From Lepidodermella squamata (lineage: Eukaryota > Animalia > Gastrotricha), in the NCBI GenBank assembly GCA_047495785.1, contig JBLDXI010000054.1:1054001-1118000 (forward strand): a DNA stretch of 64,000 nucleotides, written 5' to 3'. Under the pieces are notes generated by a model. The model saw nothing but the letters and a program-made list of their open reading frames with translations, searched no databases and was not told the origin of the DNA. The translations under genes were made by a program, and so were the position numbers. Below, piece by piece: positions 1 to 11,676 of this stretch (its first letter is position 1; every line of letters begins with the position of its first letter).

Positions 1-1089
1 ATGACAAACACTGAGTAGAAAGTGGGTAAATAACTTAGGACGAAAAATATGAACAAAGCGATGGAAAGTTTGACGAGATAGATCTCTTTTCGCTGCCATT
101 CAGCTAGATTCACTTGGGGACGAGAACTGACACTTGACTTTGAAGGGTACATAGACAAGTTTGAACTTCGGAAGGATCCATGTGTGCCTTGACGTGAGTT
201 CTTCAGCCGATCGATAGCTTTGAAGATTTTGTAGTAATTCAAGGCTAGGTAAGTTGTGGCTGATGTGAATAGTATTGAGTAGTAGGCTAGGGGTAGGATT
301 GTTGTGTCGAAATCCCCAGAGATGCTATAGTCCCAATCGCCACAGACTAGGACTGGAGTGTTGTTGTTAGCCCCTTCTATGATAATCCATTGAGTTGAAA
401 ACGTGTGATAAGGCCACCAGGCGAAGCCTGCACTCGATACTAAGCAGAAGATTAAAAGAATGAGACAGGCCGCGAAAATCTACGAAAAATCTAAGAATTA
501 CGACAAATTGTCAAAATCACGCGCAATTCACCTTTATAGTACTAGCTTTGTAGTTGAGCTTATTCGATGATATGCATAGACGTCTTTCATAAGAAATCAC
601 TGCATCGATCAATGCTCCCCAACCTCCAATCCCCCAGATTAGCCAGGGTGTTGTAGTACAAGCCTCAGGGGCAGATTCCCACCAGCCAGTTCTCAGGGTA
701 GACAACAAACCGTGGCAGTAGCAGATCGTGAATGCAAAGCTTCGAAAGTGGAGGAAGCAAGTCAGCATCAGGAAGTCTCGCTTCACACCCCGTCGAACGT
801 AGACGTAGACGTTCGCGATTGATGCGATTATCGTGAGGCAGGACATCACGACACAGGCTGCCGTCCAGCCTAATCTTTCTGCCAAAGTCGTTGACGCAAC
901 GTCGTGGTAGAAACCGACGAAGTACGGCTTCGCTTTTCCGTATCCTCTGTCTGGGATCTCAACCTCTAGCCAAGCTCTACTGATGATTTTAGCTATAGGA
1001 TAGGCTGGTGTGGCTCTATTCCTGTAAATCGCCAGAGATACATTCATGTTAGATGATAAAAAAGAAGAGTTGCTGCTTGAAAAGTTCAT
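1..1089 (-). CDS. Class A (rhodopsin-like) GPCR, 3'-partial; exons 1089-532 and 479-<1
   Basis: N-terminus MNFSSSNSS with N-glycosylation sequons; hydrophobic TM1-3 ending in DAVISYERR (DRY-like). A 52-bp GT-AG intron (531-480) joins to an open frame with TM4 IFAACLILLIFCLVSS, an ECL2 Cys, TM5 ending YYKIF and TM6 IALFIFFVLSYLP (CWxP-like). Runs off the window. Confidence 0.85.
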
Positions 1090-2000
1090 CCTTTGTGAAC
1101 AAAAATGACATATAATGTCAGCGAGATTACTTTTGATACAACCGAACGGGCCTAATCGCGATGGTGACACACCTTCATCCGGCTCAGGTTTCGATTTGTG
1201 GTCGAATTTGGATGACAATCAAGACACATTTCATTGCTGAGAAAATGATCGTCCACAGGATGCTTAGATAGAGCTGCTTAGTGCAGTTTCGCGACTAAGC
1301 TATGACGCCTGGATAGAAAGAATTATTTTTATAGCAGAAAACCCCAGTTCCCCAGTTCCAATGCTTCGCCTATGATTTATGATTTGGAAAACTGACCTAT
1401 TACGTAGATTTGTAATAAGAATCTCTACTGTAGGTTGCAAACTCTCAACCTTCAGCCTAACACGCTTCGATCGGTCCAGCATGCGTTGGCGAATTAATAT
1501 TTTTGGATATAGAATCGCGCCGGTTTTTACTGAAATTAAAATTTATTGAAATTACAATCGATAAAAATAGGAATAAGATTTTTCCAGGTAACCAATCGAC
1601 AGGCAGATAGCTCTACATTTTAAACTTGAAACTTCAAGCATTGCACTGAAATACACTGTTTTTCAATTCATTTTCAGGTTCATGGAGTGGCTAGCTCTAC
1701 ATGGATGCGACGTCAAAGCCTAAAATCAGTTAAAAACGCACTTGACCGAATGAAATACCATATATGTACGCCCACGCTAGATCGATATGCATTCACGAAT
1801 TTTGACTCTTCATATTGATAAAACTTCACACTTCTCAGCATCGCCGCTTTTTTGAGCCTGATCTTTGTTTTTAATCTTGAATCCTTCTGCTATTGAAACT
1901 GTTGTGAACCAATATATGCAACAGTGAAAGTCCAAAGTGTGCAAAAGCTCAGCTCAAAGAACGCGTTTTGAAGAAAATCCATAATCCAGCATTGAATTAA

Positions 2001-2590
2001 TCAGTAATATGGGTAAACTGAGTGATGATGATGATGACGATGGCTCGGACGGATTCTCATTGAAGGTGGGCAAACGCCAAGCTCGGCTTGGCAATTCGGA
2101 CATTTGTGGATAGCTGAAATCAAATTCATTGTTAATTTGACGCTCTAATTCAGAGCTACCCACCTTCTTTACAGGCTTTGACCAGAAATGCGACGAAAAA
2201 GCAACTAAAGTAAGATGTAAAACGAATTGCAATTAAATACTCAAGATTAACTCACGGTGGAAAGAAACACATTAAGCAAATGCAGAAGATCCAATTGTTG
2301 AGACATATTTTGTGATCAATCACCGTCTGAACTTCCATTTTACAAGCTTCACATCTCGCCATCAGTGGTTCCCGGCTGTTATATGGCGAAGGTACTGGAA
2401 TACCTACAAAACTGAGTTGATAGTTCACATTTTGATACTGGGGCTCTAGTTCACCTGGCATAACGGTAATAACGGTTGGTTGCATCCCATATGGTTGCTG
2501 GGCGTAGGCCACATCTGAGGCCATGTAATGAGCCTGGTAGGGGTAAGCCATGTAGCCCCCCACAGGTGGAGCCATGCCTCCTCGATCCAT
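2001..2590 (-). CDS. LITAF-domain protein (3 exons)
   Basis: Pro/Tyr-rich N-terminus, CEAC knuckle and Cys-rich hydrophobic segment. Splicing across two short GT-AG introns gives ...ACKEAIHKCPNC, the LITAF HxCxxC motif; His-run tail, TGA at 2003-2001. Confidence 0.85.
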
Positions 2591-3234
2591 AGTGGCGCTT
2601 CGGCAGCTAAGAGCTGATTGTTAGCAACCAAAAACGCTGCAATAATTCCAGTGCTTGAAGCTGCATGGCGCGAATGCTTTCGACGTCGCTCGAATGTCGG
2701 AAGTCGAAGGCGAGTAGGCGGATACAGTTCTTCCTACATGCTGTATATACCAAACAATCGAAAGATCTGCAATTATTTATCACAAATATTGATCAGATTT
2801 TTTTAAACTGCGCACGCTGCAAGTTGGTAGGCGAATGCATGCCTCTTAGGTATTATTTGTTGGATTATCTGATGCTATGCCGCAAAGATCGATGCTTTTA
2901 TTTCAATGGGGAACAGCTCCAAGCTCGTTCTCCATTCGCCATTTGTTCAGAATAGGATGAACTTTGGGCGCAAAGTGTATTTAATCGATGATTGACCCTT
3001 CGTCTTCGCACTCTCTCACTTGGGAAACAAATTCTGGATTTTCCATGAAAACGACTGATGACTAAATCGCCAAAATTAACAGAAATAATTCTCAGTAGAT
3101 ATAATAAGTAATAATTCTCGATCGGCTCTGGCTTCAAATGTATCACATGATAAGGTGGCTGTGCATTTTATCGATTTATTGAAAAGATGAAAATTGAACT
3201 GAAATATCACAAATTTCAATAAAAAAATGGCTGG

Positions 3235-4253
3235 CTACACAGGATTTGCCGACTGATCGTAGCTATGAAACTCCTCCATTATTGGCTCGGGACACTCTTC
3301 CGGCATTTGCTTCGCGATATAACTCGTTTTATTCGGCTCTTGATACGTAACTCTATCTCCGCTATAGACATTATGAGCAATGTCTCTTCCACACTCGGGG
3401 CATTGATGGATAACTGGAATTGAAAATTTTCAAATTATGATGGTAATTACTGAAAATTGAAACTAACCATCGTTGCACTCTTTTGTTACAAGGGGTATGA
3501 TCCAGCAAAAGAAAGGGCATAAGCAGATTAGGAAAACGAAGAAACTGATCCAGACCCCACATCCTTTGACATAGCGAATGTTGGTGACAATTTGCTTCTT
3601 GCAACAAGGGCAGGTCGTTTCCGTTGGCTCTCGACATTTCTCCAAGGGAAGAGGTTGTTCGGTTATGGTAGGCTCGGAACCTGGGAAGAAATCATGAGTA
3701 AAACTGGCAAGAGCGATAGGACAAGCTTACCTCTAGGTGATAGCAATGATTTATCAACCGCTGGGCTAGCCACTACAGGTTCCTTCCGGTGAATTTGAGG
3801 CAGCATCGCCATTTGATTGAACCGAACAATTGGCCGAATGTTCTTTCTTGCCAGAGCCCAGTTATTTCGCCTCGGAGTCTCATTCGTGAACGGCAGAGGA
3901 GGTTGTAGCATAGCCGCGTTGTTCGAGCCTTGATTCGTAAACAGAGTCGCCGACCTTGGCCTGTAGCAATCCCCAACTGTTGAGATCGGATTCGAAGAAT
4001 AGTAGTCGACCCCGATCGACACCCCATTGACCTTTGATTCTCGTTTGGTCGGAGTAGAATACCCACTGGACCCGCTTCCTGGGCATGGGTTCGCCCCGAA
4101 AAGCACCTGCCTGTTCGAGACAGGGGACGCAGCTCGCGAGTTTCCTGGAGACATAAACTGGTTATACTGAAATTGAACACCAGGTAACGGGAGGTTTCTA
4201 GCATCGTGCCCGATGACAGGCGCTACGAAGCTGTTATCACTTGGTTGCCACAT
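3235..4253 (-). CDS. LITAF-domain protein with long disordered N-terminus (3 exons)
   Basis: Intron 3730-3681 joins the 3663..4253 ORF to CPCC...WISFFVFLICLCPFFCWIIP; a second intron leads to VIHQCPECG; TAG at 3237-3235. Confidence 0.85.
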
Positions 4254-4477
4254 ATTTTGACTGAGACGGATACTAATATTTTGCCTGTCACATTATCGTA
4301 AACACCTTAAAAGCTTTTGGTGACGCTGAATCGTCTGCTGATGCTAATGGACCCGCCTCGTGACTAACGACGAATTTGGTTGCTAGCCATCGTAGGCAGC
4401 CTTTTGTCCTGAGTTGTACTCATTCATAAAATGAAAAAAATTGACCTGATCGCGGCGAAATTGAACTCGAACTTTAT

Positions 4478-6216
4478 TTATTCTACGGTTTCATCGCTAG
4501 GTTTTGGAAAAACATACAAACACCCTAGTTGATCAGCCAATGAACGAGGTGTCACGCCATTTTCATCAGAAATATCGATTGCATCGGGGTATTTGCTTGC
4601 TAGTGATTCAACAACACTCAGATACGAATCGTCCTCCTTCAATTTCAACATTGCAGCCATTAAAGGAGAACACCCCTTGTCGGTATCGGACATTTTGACA
4701 GCATCAGGCCATTGCTCGTTGAGTAAATCGATCGCTTCCAGATCTCCATATTCAACTGCTTCGAAAAAGAGCGGGGAATACTTTTCAGAGTCGTTGTAGA
4801 CCTCAGGGAATTTGAAAATAAGATATCTCAGTACTTCGAAGCTACCCGACCTGATAGCTTGAGACATGAGGTCAGTAGGCTCGAAAGCTTGTCCTCGATG
4901 GTTTTCGACAAAAAATTCGACGATTTTGGAATGGTTTGATGATATTGCGTACCAGATTGGCAATCGGCCGTCAATATCAGGGCTTTCCGCGGCTTCTTCG
5001 TAATTTTGGTACAGAAAATTGACCACGTCCACGTTTCCAGTCTCAGCAGCGTACGATAAAGCAGTTCGACCGGTTAAGCTGACGGATCTAACCGCTTCAG
5101 GGTCGATTTCGTAGAGGGCCTCGATAACGTCGACATCGTGGCCGTTTTGGACAGCGTGGATGAGGGGAGTTTTGTTTTGGTGATCAAGACTCTTCACAGA
5201 ATCAGGGTCAACCTCACAACAGAATTTTATCAGAGATAAATTTCCACTTTCAGCCGCGAACGAAAAGGTAGTTCGACCTCGTTGAGCCGGCAGTTTAATC
5301 GCGTCCTTTTTCTTCTCGTGGAAGTATCGAATAATCTCGAGATGGCCGTATTTGGCAGCGTAATGGAAAGGCAACATCCCGTTCATCTTGTCAGGAATGC
5401 TGAGAGCTTCAGGCCATTTCTCGTAGAGAAATTGAACAATGTCAATGTTGCCATTTTCTGATGCGATAGACAGCAAGCTACGGCTATTTACTGAATCGAG
5501 GTCTCTCAGAGCCTCGGCATCGATCTTTTCCAAATGCCTCAAGGCTTCGATATGGCAATTTTCTGTTGCTAACATCGCAGGTGTTAGGCCGAAATTATCA
5601 CGTTGTTTGAAATCTGAAATATCCAACAAAAGATCGATGACATTCGCATGACCAAACTTGCAGGCTAGATGAAGGCCGTTTCTGCCTCGACTATCGCATT
5701 GACGAGGTAAAACAGAGTTGCAGTCACATTTCAGCAGAAATTTCACAACTTCTATGCACCCCGCTTCAATCGCTAGAAGAAAGGCGGTTTGTTGGTACCG
5801 CCCTTCGGTTAGAAAAGCTAGATCAGAGCATTGCTCTAGCATCGAAATTACAGCCGAAATATTGTCGCGTTGCGCGGCTTCGAAAAATATTTCGCGGGCT
5901 TGATAGAAGTCTAAAAATTCAGCCTAAAATGTTAAAATAAAAATAAAAAGTAATTTGTCAAAAATAAATCACTGACCTGACACGATGCGTCCGTAGAGCC
6001 ATCAGTCGTGCCTGTTTCAGATGCCGGCTGAATGATGATATCATCCTGTGCAGATTTCTCCACTTCAACTAAACCAGAATCATGTATCGTATTTTCCATT
6101 ATAAGCTTGTCCTTCATTTCCGGATCTGGCACAGCACTTTCGGCCGCTGCTTTCTTGCGCCGTTTACGACCTGATGATTCGCCAGAATGCTTGGCACTTC
6201 CGTGGTTATTCCCCAT
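4478..6216 (-). CDS. Ankyrin-repeat protein; exons 6216-5977 and 5923-4478
   Basis: 53-bp phase-0 intron joins ORF 5932..6216 to the 4478..5842 frame. Many GxTxLxxAAxxG repeats with FLYEKWPEA-type ends. Starts MGNNHGS followed by a basic cluster RKRRKK. Confidence 0.88.
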
Positions 6217-7939
6217 TCGTTCACGCTGTGATAATTCAGCGCAGCAAACTCAATTCAACATACGCAGTTAACAGTCTAAATTCATAAGAAAAAAATACGG
6301 AAATTAGATGAGAAAAGTATCGTGAGGCGTAATAGGCCGTTGAATAGGCTTGTTTTATAGCCAGCACTTGATACAATTTTGTTATTACTCGAGTTTTTTT
6401 TATGACCATATGGTGCGCGTTTTTTCTTACACAGACGGTCCGGATATGATCGCGGCGCAATGAATGAAGATACATGCGATAATGATGATGAGCGGCTAGC
6501 TAAAAGAGCGTGCTCTAGGCACCTATGCGCTAAATATATTACTCTCTACTCGCGCACATGTGGGAATAAACGCAAAAAATCGATAGTAAAAGTCAGTGCG
6601 AATCAGGATAGCGGGGAAAACTTGGCGTAGTACTACTATACCCCTTCACCCTACGTCAATATTTCTGTAGTGGTGGAAAATGTAGTGAACAATACCTGAG
6701 CGCGCATCTTTTTGACTCTATCTGCGTAAATAACAATGGGGCTAATGTTATTACAGAGGGGCTTATTGTGCCTAGCAATATATACCTAGACATATTTTTC
6801 AGGGTGTAAATTGGATTCGCTGCTTTAATACTACATCCGGTATGCGTAAAAACGCAGCGCGGTCAGCCAAGCGGGTCGATGGTCAATTTTACGCTTGGCT
6901 GCACTTCGCTGCGTGAAGAGTGAAAAGTTACGTGCTCAGAATAATCTCTATTCATTGATTGCTCATGTTTCTATTATTGAGTTATCATTGCGGATAATTT
7001 TGCTGGTAAATGATGAGATATGTTGACAAGGATTAAAATTGTCCTGTGATGATATAGCGGCTGAAAGCTATGAGATGTGTGAAATTGGAGAAGTAAGGGC
7101 TGCTTTTGAAAAGGAAAAGAAACGCAAGATGAAAAAATAGATCAAATAACATACAACGAGAATGAAAGTCAATCCAAACTGTTGAACTTTTATTAACGCA
7201 AACAAAATGAGAAAAAAGCAGTCTAGCAAAAGCAAAAAAACTAGATATTTGAAGCAGGTTAAACATTTAAAAAGAGCTAATATGTACATAATATGATTCT
7301 CATGAGAGTTGAAGTTACGATGCTAAATGAATTTGAATGCAATTCACAAGTGGGGCGACTAATTTTGGAGACTGTAACCCTAGGCATAGCTCTGAAAGCG
7401 CTCGCAGTCATATGATATAGTTTATTTCCCATTCTATTACTCCAATTTTGCTTAAACTATCGATCTTGCAGATCTCTTCTACTCTGTCACATGCTGAGAA
7501 TCTCAAAATTGCTCTCTCCTTATTTACAATAAATATTATTTTACAATTATAGCATGAAAAATATATTTGCTGGTCGGGGTGCAACTAACATTCGATGTTT
7601 TGGTTATATACTATTTATAATGTGCCGATGGATCGAGCTGCTATAAAATAGGCGTGCCATTTCTTATCTCAGCAATAATTCCACGCATACCTTTGAGGTA
7701 ATGAGGTAGTTCGCAGTGCACTATGCTGCTCACCAACGCTGTTGAAAAAATTGCATGCGATAACAATTATAGCTAAGGCTGATAACTTCATAGGACAAAA
7801 ACTCTTCCTCTTGACGTGTGACCTCTACTTTTTATTGTTTTTACATTAATTTTATAAAGCGCACTTGCACCATGTTCATATCAAAAAGCATATAAAATCA
7901 CAGGTTCAGTTCAATTGTTGTTAACAGTTAAAATTATTT

Positions 7940-9240
7940 TTAAAGGGACCCACTGAGAAACACTAGTGTTAGCACGTTGAAACCCACAAGAATAACGCCT
8001 GCAATCACAAACGCCGCGATATCCAACACGTAATACAACCGGCTTTTCGTCATTGAAAAAACCTGGACCCGCATTTCAGCTTTGTTAGGGCACATTGATA
8101 TGAAGTAGCACATCCCAGCTGAGTAGATCACTATACCCATTGCATAAATCAGCTCTCCCAGAAAGTATGCGCTAGCAACCATTAATTTAGGTGTTTTGGG
8201 CACATTTCCGAGAAACTGAGCCTGAAGCACGAATATCGATAGCATTACAGTGCAAGCGTAGGTCGGGCGGTCCGGCTCATTTGCCGGGATGAGAAACGAG
8301 TTTAGCTCCATAATACTCAGGATAAAACTCGGCACGAAAAGGTTGATGAAGTAGTAATGTGGTTTCCGTCTGATTTTCAGGCTGAATTTCCCCTGCGAGA
8401 ACAACCCCGCGGCCCCATTTGCACCAAAAGGTGGCATTGTTGCATCATGGCTAAGAAACTCCCAGTTCGAATTTTGCGGCATTGCCATTTGTAGCTCTGC
8501 AGATGCGGAAAAGCTCACATTCGTGATTCGAGCCAGATTTTGATCGTGTTGACAAGCAACTAGCAGGAAGCACTCTTGCCTGAAGGGAACAATCTTGTAA
8601 ATTCCAAAAATTCTTCAAAATATTGAAATTACGTGTCGTATGGGAAGCGGAAGAATTCAAGATCACAATATGACGAAAATGACCCAACGATCGTACCGAA
8701 TACAACGCCGAACTTTGGAATGATTTGAAAGTACCTCGCATATTGGCCGGACGGAATTGTTAGTGGCATTTGCTCCAACGCATTTCTATGCAGCAAATTA
8801 GGCCACCAGTAATCATTTGGTTCCTCCTTCGTCATCTGTGTCACTTCTTGTGGCCATTCAGGGTCGGTATTAACCGCTCTAGCGATGCAAGGTACAGTCC
8901 ACCGCGTGATAAGAACACCGTTGAATGAGAAGCTTTCCGATACATCGTCGATTGATAGGAATCGATCGACCCTCAAATCAATTTGAATGTTAGTTACGGA
9001 GTTAGGCTTGTCGTATTCATTCGGCGCATTGACCCTTGGATCGATGTGGCACCTCTGAAGGAGAAATTTCGATGGGGAGAATGCGTATAAGGCGGATAGA
9101 TTTGTCCCTGTAGTTGGAGATTGCGTTCCACCGATTTGGTAGGCTGATGCGTTGCTTGATTTTGTAGTCTTGATGAATGATGGAAGTTGAGACTTGACCG
9201 AAACCAAAAAGGTCAAGCAAATGAAAATAAAAAAGAGCAT
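7940..9240 (-). CDS. Divergent Cys-loop pentameric ligand-gated ion channel subunit A; exons 9240-8633 and 8579-7940
   Basis: Signal peptide MLFFIFICLTFLVSVKS, WWPNL loop-A motif, Cys-loop CDLEFFRFPYDTQEC (C-x13-C) completed across a 53-bp intron, pre-M1 RRKPHYY, four TM helices. Confidence 0.9.
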
Positions 9241-9388
9241 TATTTTTAGGATTATAAAAACCACAGGAATGAACGATAATGAGATCAGGTTTCATCATGT
9301 AAATTATAAATCGATAAAGAACATTCCAGAATCAAATCGTCTAACGATGGACTGCAGAATAGGGTCAATCAATACGGTAAAAAAACTC

Positions 9389-9417
9389 CGGGGATTTATT
9401 TGTCTATTTTTAATGGA
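9389..9417 (-). promoter_or_regulatory. Conserved upstream motif shared by both pLGIC genes (second copy 11519-11546)
   Basis: CGGGGATTTATTT-n-TTTTAATGGA lies about 150 and 110 bp upstream of the two ATGs, while flanking sequence is diverged. Confidence 0.5.
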
Positions 9418-9578
9418 CAGTTAGAGTGCTCTTAGCTGCTGGTACAAGCATCAGCATTACGTTTTGGCCTGACTACCAGAGACATGGCCTAATGGCAGCA
9501 CTTTCCTGATAAATGCAGTTTTTCTGTCGACACAAATCACTTCACTGTCGGAGCATTAAACGGTGTGTAGTTTCAACT

Positions 9579-9994
9579 ATTTCGGCCTGTTTGTCAAACA
9601 ACTTTCAGCCTCTTTCTAGACAAAATTAATTTTAAATTTGGTTTGAATTCTGAATAATGTCATTCGGGTTTCAGATTCTTAGAGGAATATCCAAAAGTAG
9701 CATTCCACAAATCGGCGCAGCTTTTATCTAGGACAGTAAAAATTTCGATTCGAAATTGTCCTGATGGCTGTGAAACAGGGCGCGAAGAACGGGGGAATGA
9801 GGGGTATCATACCCCCAAGTTCGGCAGGCCAAAGGGAAAGAAAACCGCAAAAAACTACAGGGGCACCATTTGGTAATAAAATTCGGGCCCGAAAATACCC
9901 TCCGAAAATACCCTCCGAAAATACCCTCGAGGAGCCTACTTCGCGCACTGCTGTGAAAGATGGCTGAAGGCTGGGTCCAAATTAGGCCTGAAAT
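9579..9994. mobile_element. Degenerate MITE-like element between the two pLGIC genes
   Basis: Imperfect ~38-bp inverted arms (9579-9616 vs 9955-9994); 3x 13-bp CCGAAAATACCCT; core 9791-9860 recurs inverted at ~29270-29340. Confidence 0.5.
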
Positions 9995-10121
9995 TCAACT
10001 TTGTATTAAAATCTCGGCACTGGAAGCATACTCGAAAATAACCCGATACACTTCGAAAGTTTTATTCATCCACATTCTTAGCTCGATATTAAGATCTGAA
10101 GAGTTTCATTTTATCTTTCAC

Positions 10122-11407
10122 CTACCCGTTGCTGAGGTAAACCAACGTTATAACGTTGAATGCGACAAGAAAGGCACCAGCAATAGCGAAAGCCGCGATA
10201 TCAATGACGTAGTACAGCCGACTTTTCGTTCCCGAAAACACGTGAACTCGCATTTCAGCCTTGTGAGGGCAAATTGAAATGAAGTAGCACATCCCGGCTG
10301 AGTAGATCACAATAGCCATTGCGTAAATCAACTCGCCTAGTATGTAAATACTCGCAATAATCGTTCTAGGCGTTTTTGGCACATTGCCAAGAATTTGCGC
10401 TTGCAGAACGAAAAGCGACAGCATAACTGTACAGGCATATGTTGGCCGATCGGGTTCAGTAGCTGGGATCAGAAATGAGTTCAGCGTCATGATACTGAGA
10501 ATGAAACTTGGCACGAACAGATTGAGGAAGTAGTACTGGGGCTTCCGTCTGATTTTGAGGGTGAACTTCCCTTGAGTGAATAGGCCTGTGCTCCCACTAA
10601 TAAGAAACGGAGGCATTGTTGCTTCGTGGCTTATGAATTCCCAATTGCTATTCGTAGACATAGCAAGTTGAAGCTCTGACGAAGATAGAAAGCTGACATT
10701 CGTAATTGGAACCAAGGTTTGGTCGTGCTGGCAAGCCACCAACAAGAAACATTCTTGGCTGAAAAGCAGGAAAACATCCGTATAAATAACTTGTTACAAT
10801 GGAATTCTAGTACTTACCTATCGTAAGGGAATGCGAAGAAATTAAGGTCGCAGTAGGATGAAAAGGAGCCGATAATTGTTCCCATCATAATACCAGCTTT
10901 CGGAATGATTTGCATATATCTAGTGTACTGCCCTGAGGAGATTGTTAGCGGCATTTGTACCAACGCATTTCTATGCAGCAAATTTGGCCACCAGTAGTCG
11001 TTTGGTTCCTCCTTTGTCATTTGTGTAACCTCTGACGGCCATTCAGGGTCGGTATTCACTACTCTTGCGATGCAAGGTACAGTCCACCGAACGATGAGAA
11101 TTCCGTTGAATGCGAAGCTCTCGGAAACATCGTCAATTGACAGGAAGTGATCAACTCTCAGATCCACGGCAATTTTAGTGATAGATGGCTTGTCATACTC
11201 GTTTGGCGAATTAACTCTCGGATCGAGGTGACATTTCTGGAGGAGAAATTTCGATGGGGAGAAGGCGTAAAGTGTGGATAGATTCGTCCCCATGGATGAG
11301 GCGTTTGTTCCATTGATTTGATTGGATTTAGTTGTCATGATGAAAGATGGAATTTGAGACTTAACCCCAAAAACTAACGCAAAACCCAGTAAAAAGCTTC
11401 TCGTCAT
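10122..11407 (-). CDS. Divergent Cys-loop pentameric ligand-gated ion channel subunit B; exons 11407-10818 and 10758-10122
   Basis: Tandem paralogue of 7940-9240 with the same intron position; Cys-loop CDLNFFAFPYDSQEC; four TMs. Confidence 0.9.
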
Positions 11408-11676
11408 AGTTTTTCTCGGGAAATACTAATAACCGAGAAATCTGTGTAAAATTTAGCACTCTGAACATTCAATTTATACACACCCCGTACGCAGAACCAG
11501 GACTCTCACTGGAGAGCTCGGGGATTTATTTTTCAATTTTAATGGATTTTTAATCGATGATGGAATGAAACAAGTCTACATGCGGTTTTGGGCGAATTCG
11601 TACGGACGCGGACAAAACACTACTAATGTATTTATTCCTGGCAAAATCATAGTATTATTTTACAACAGTCCTGTTT

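Noticed and set aside
1090-1218. N-terminal extension of ORF 517..1218
   Set aside because: Starts at a non-ATG codon; the ATG at 1089 gives a typical glycosylated GPCR N-terminus.
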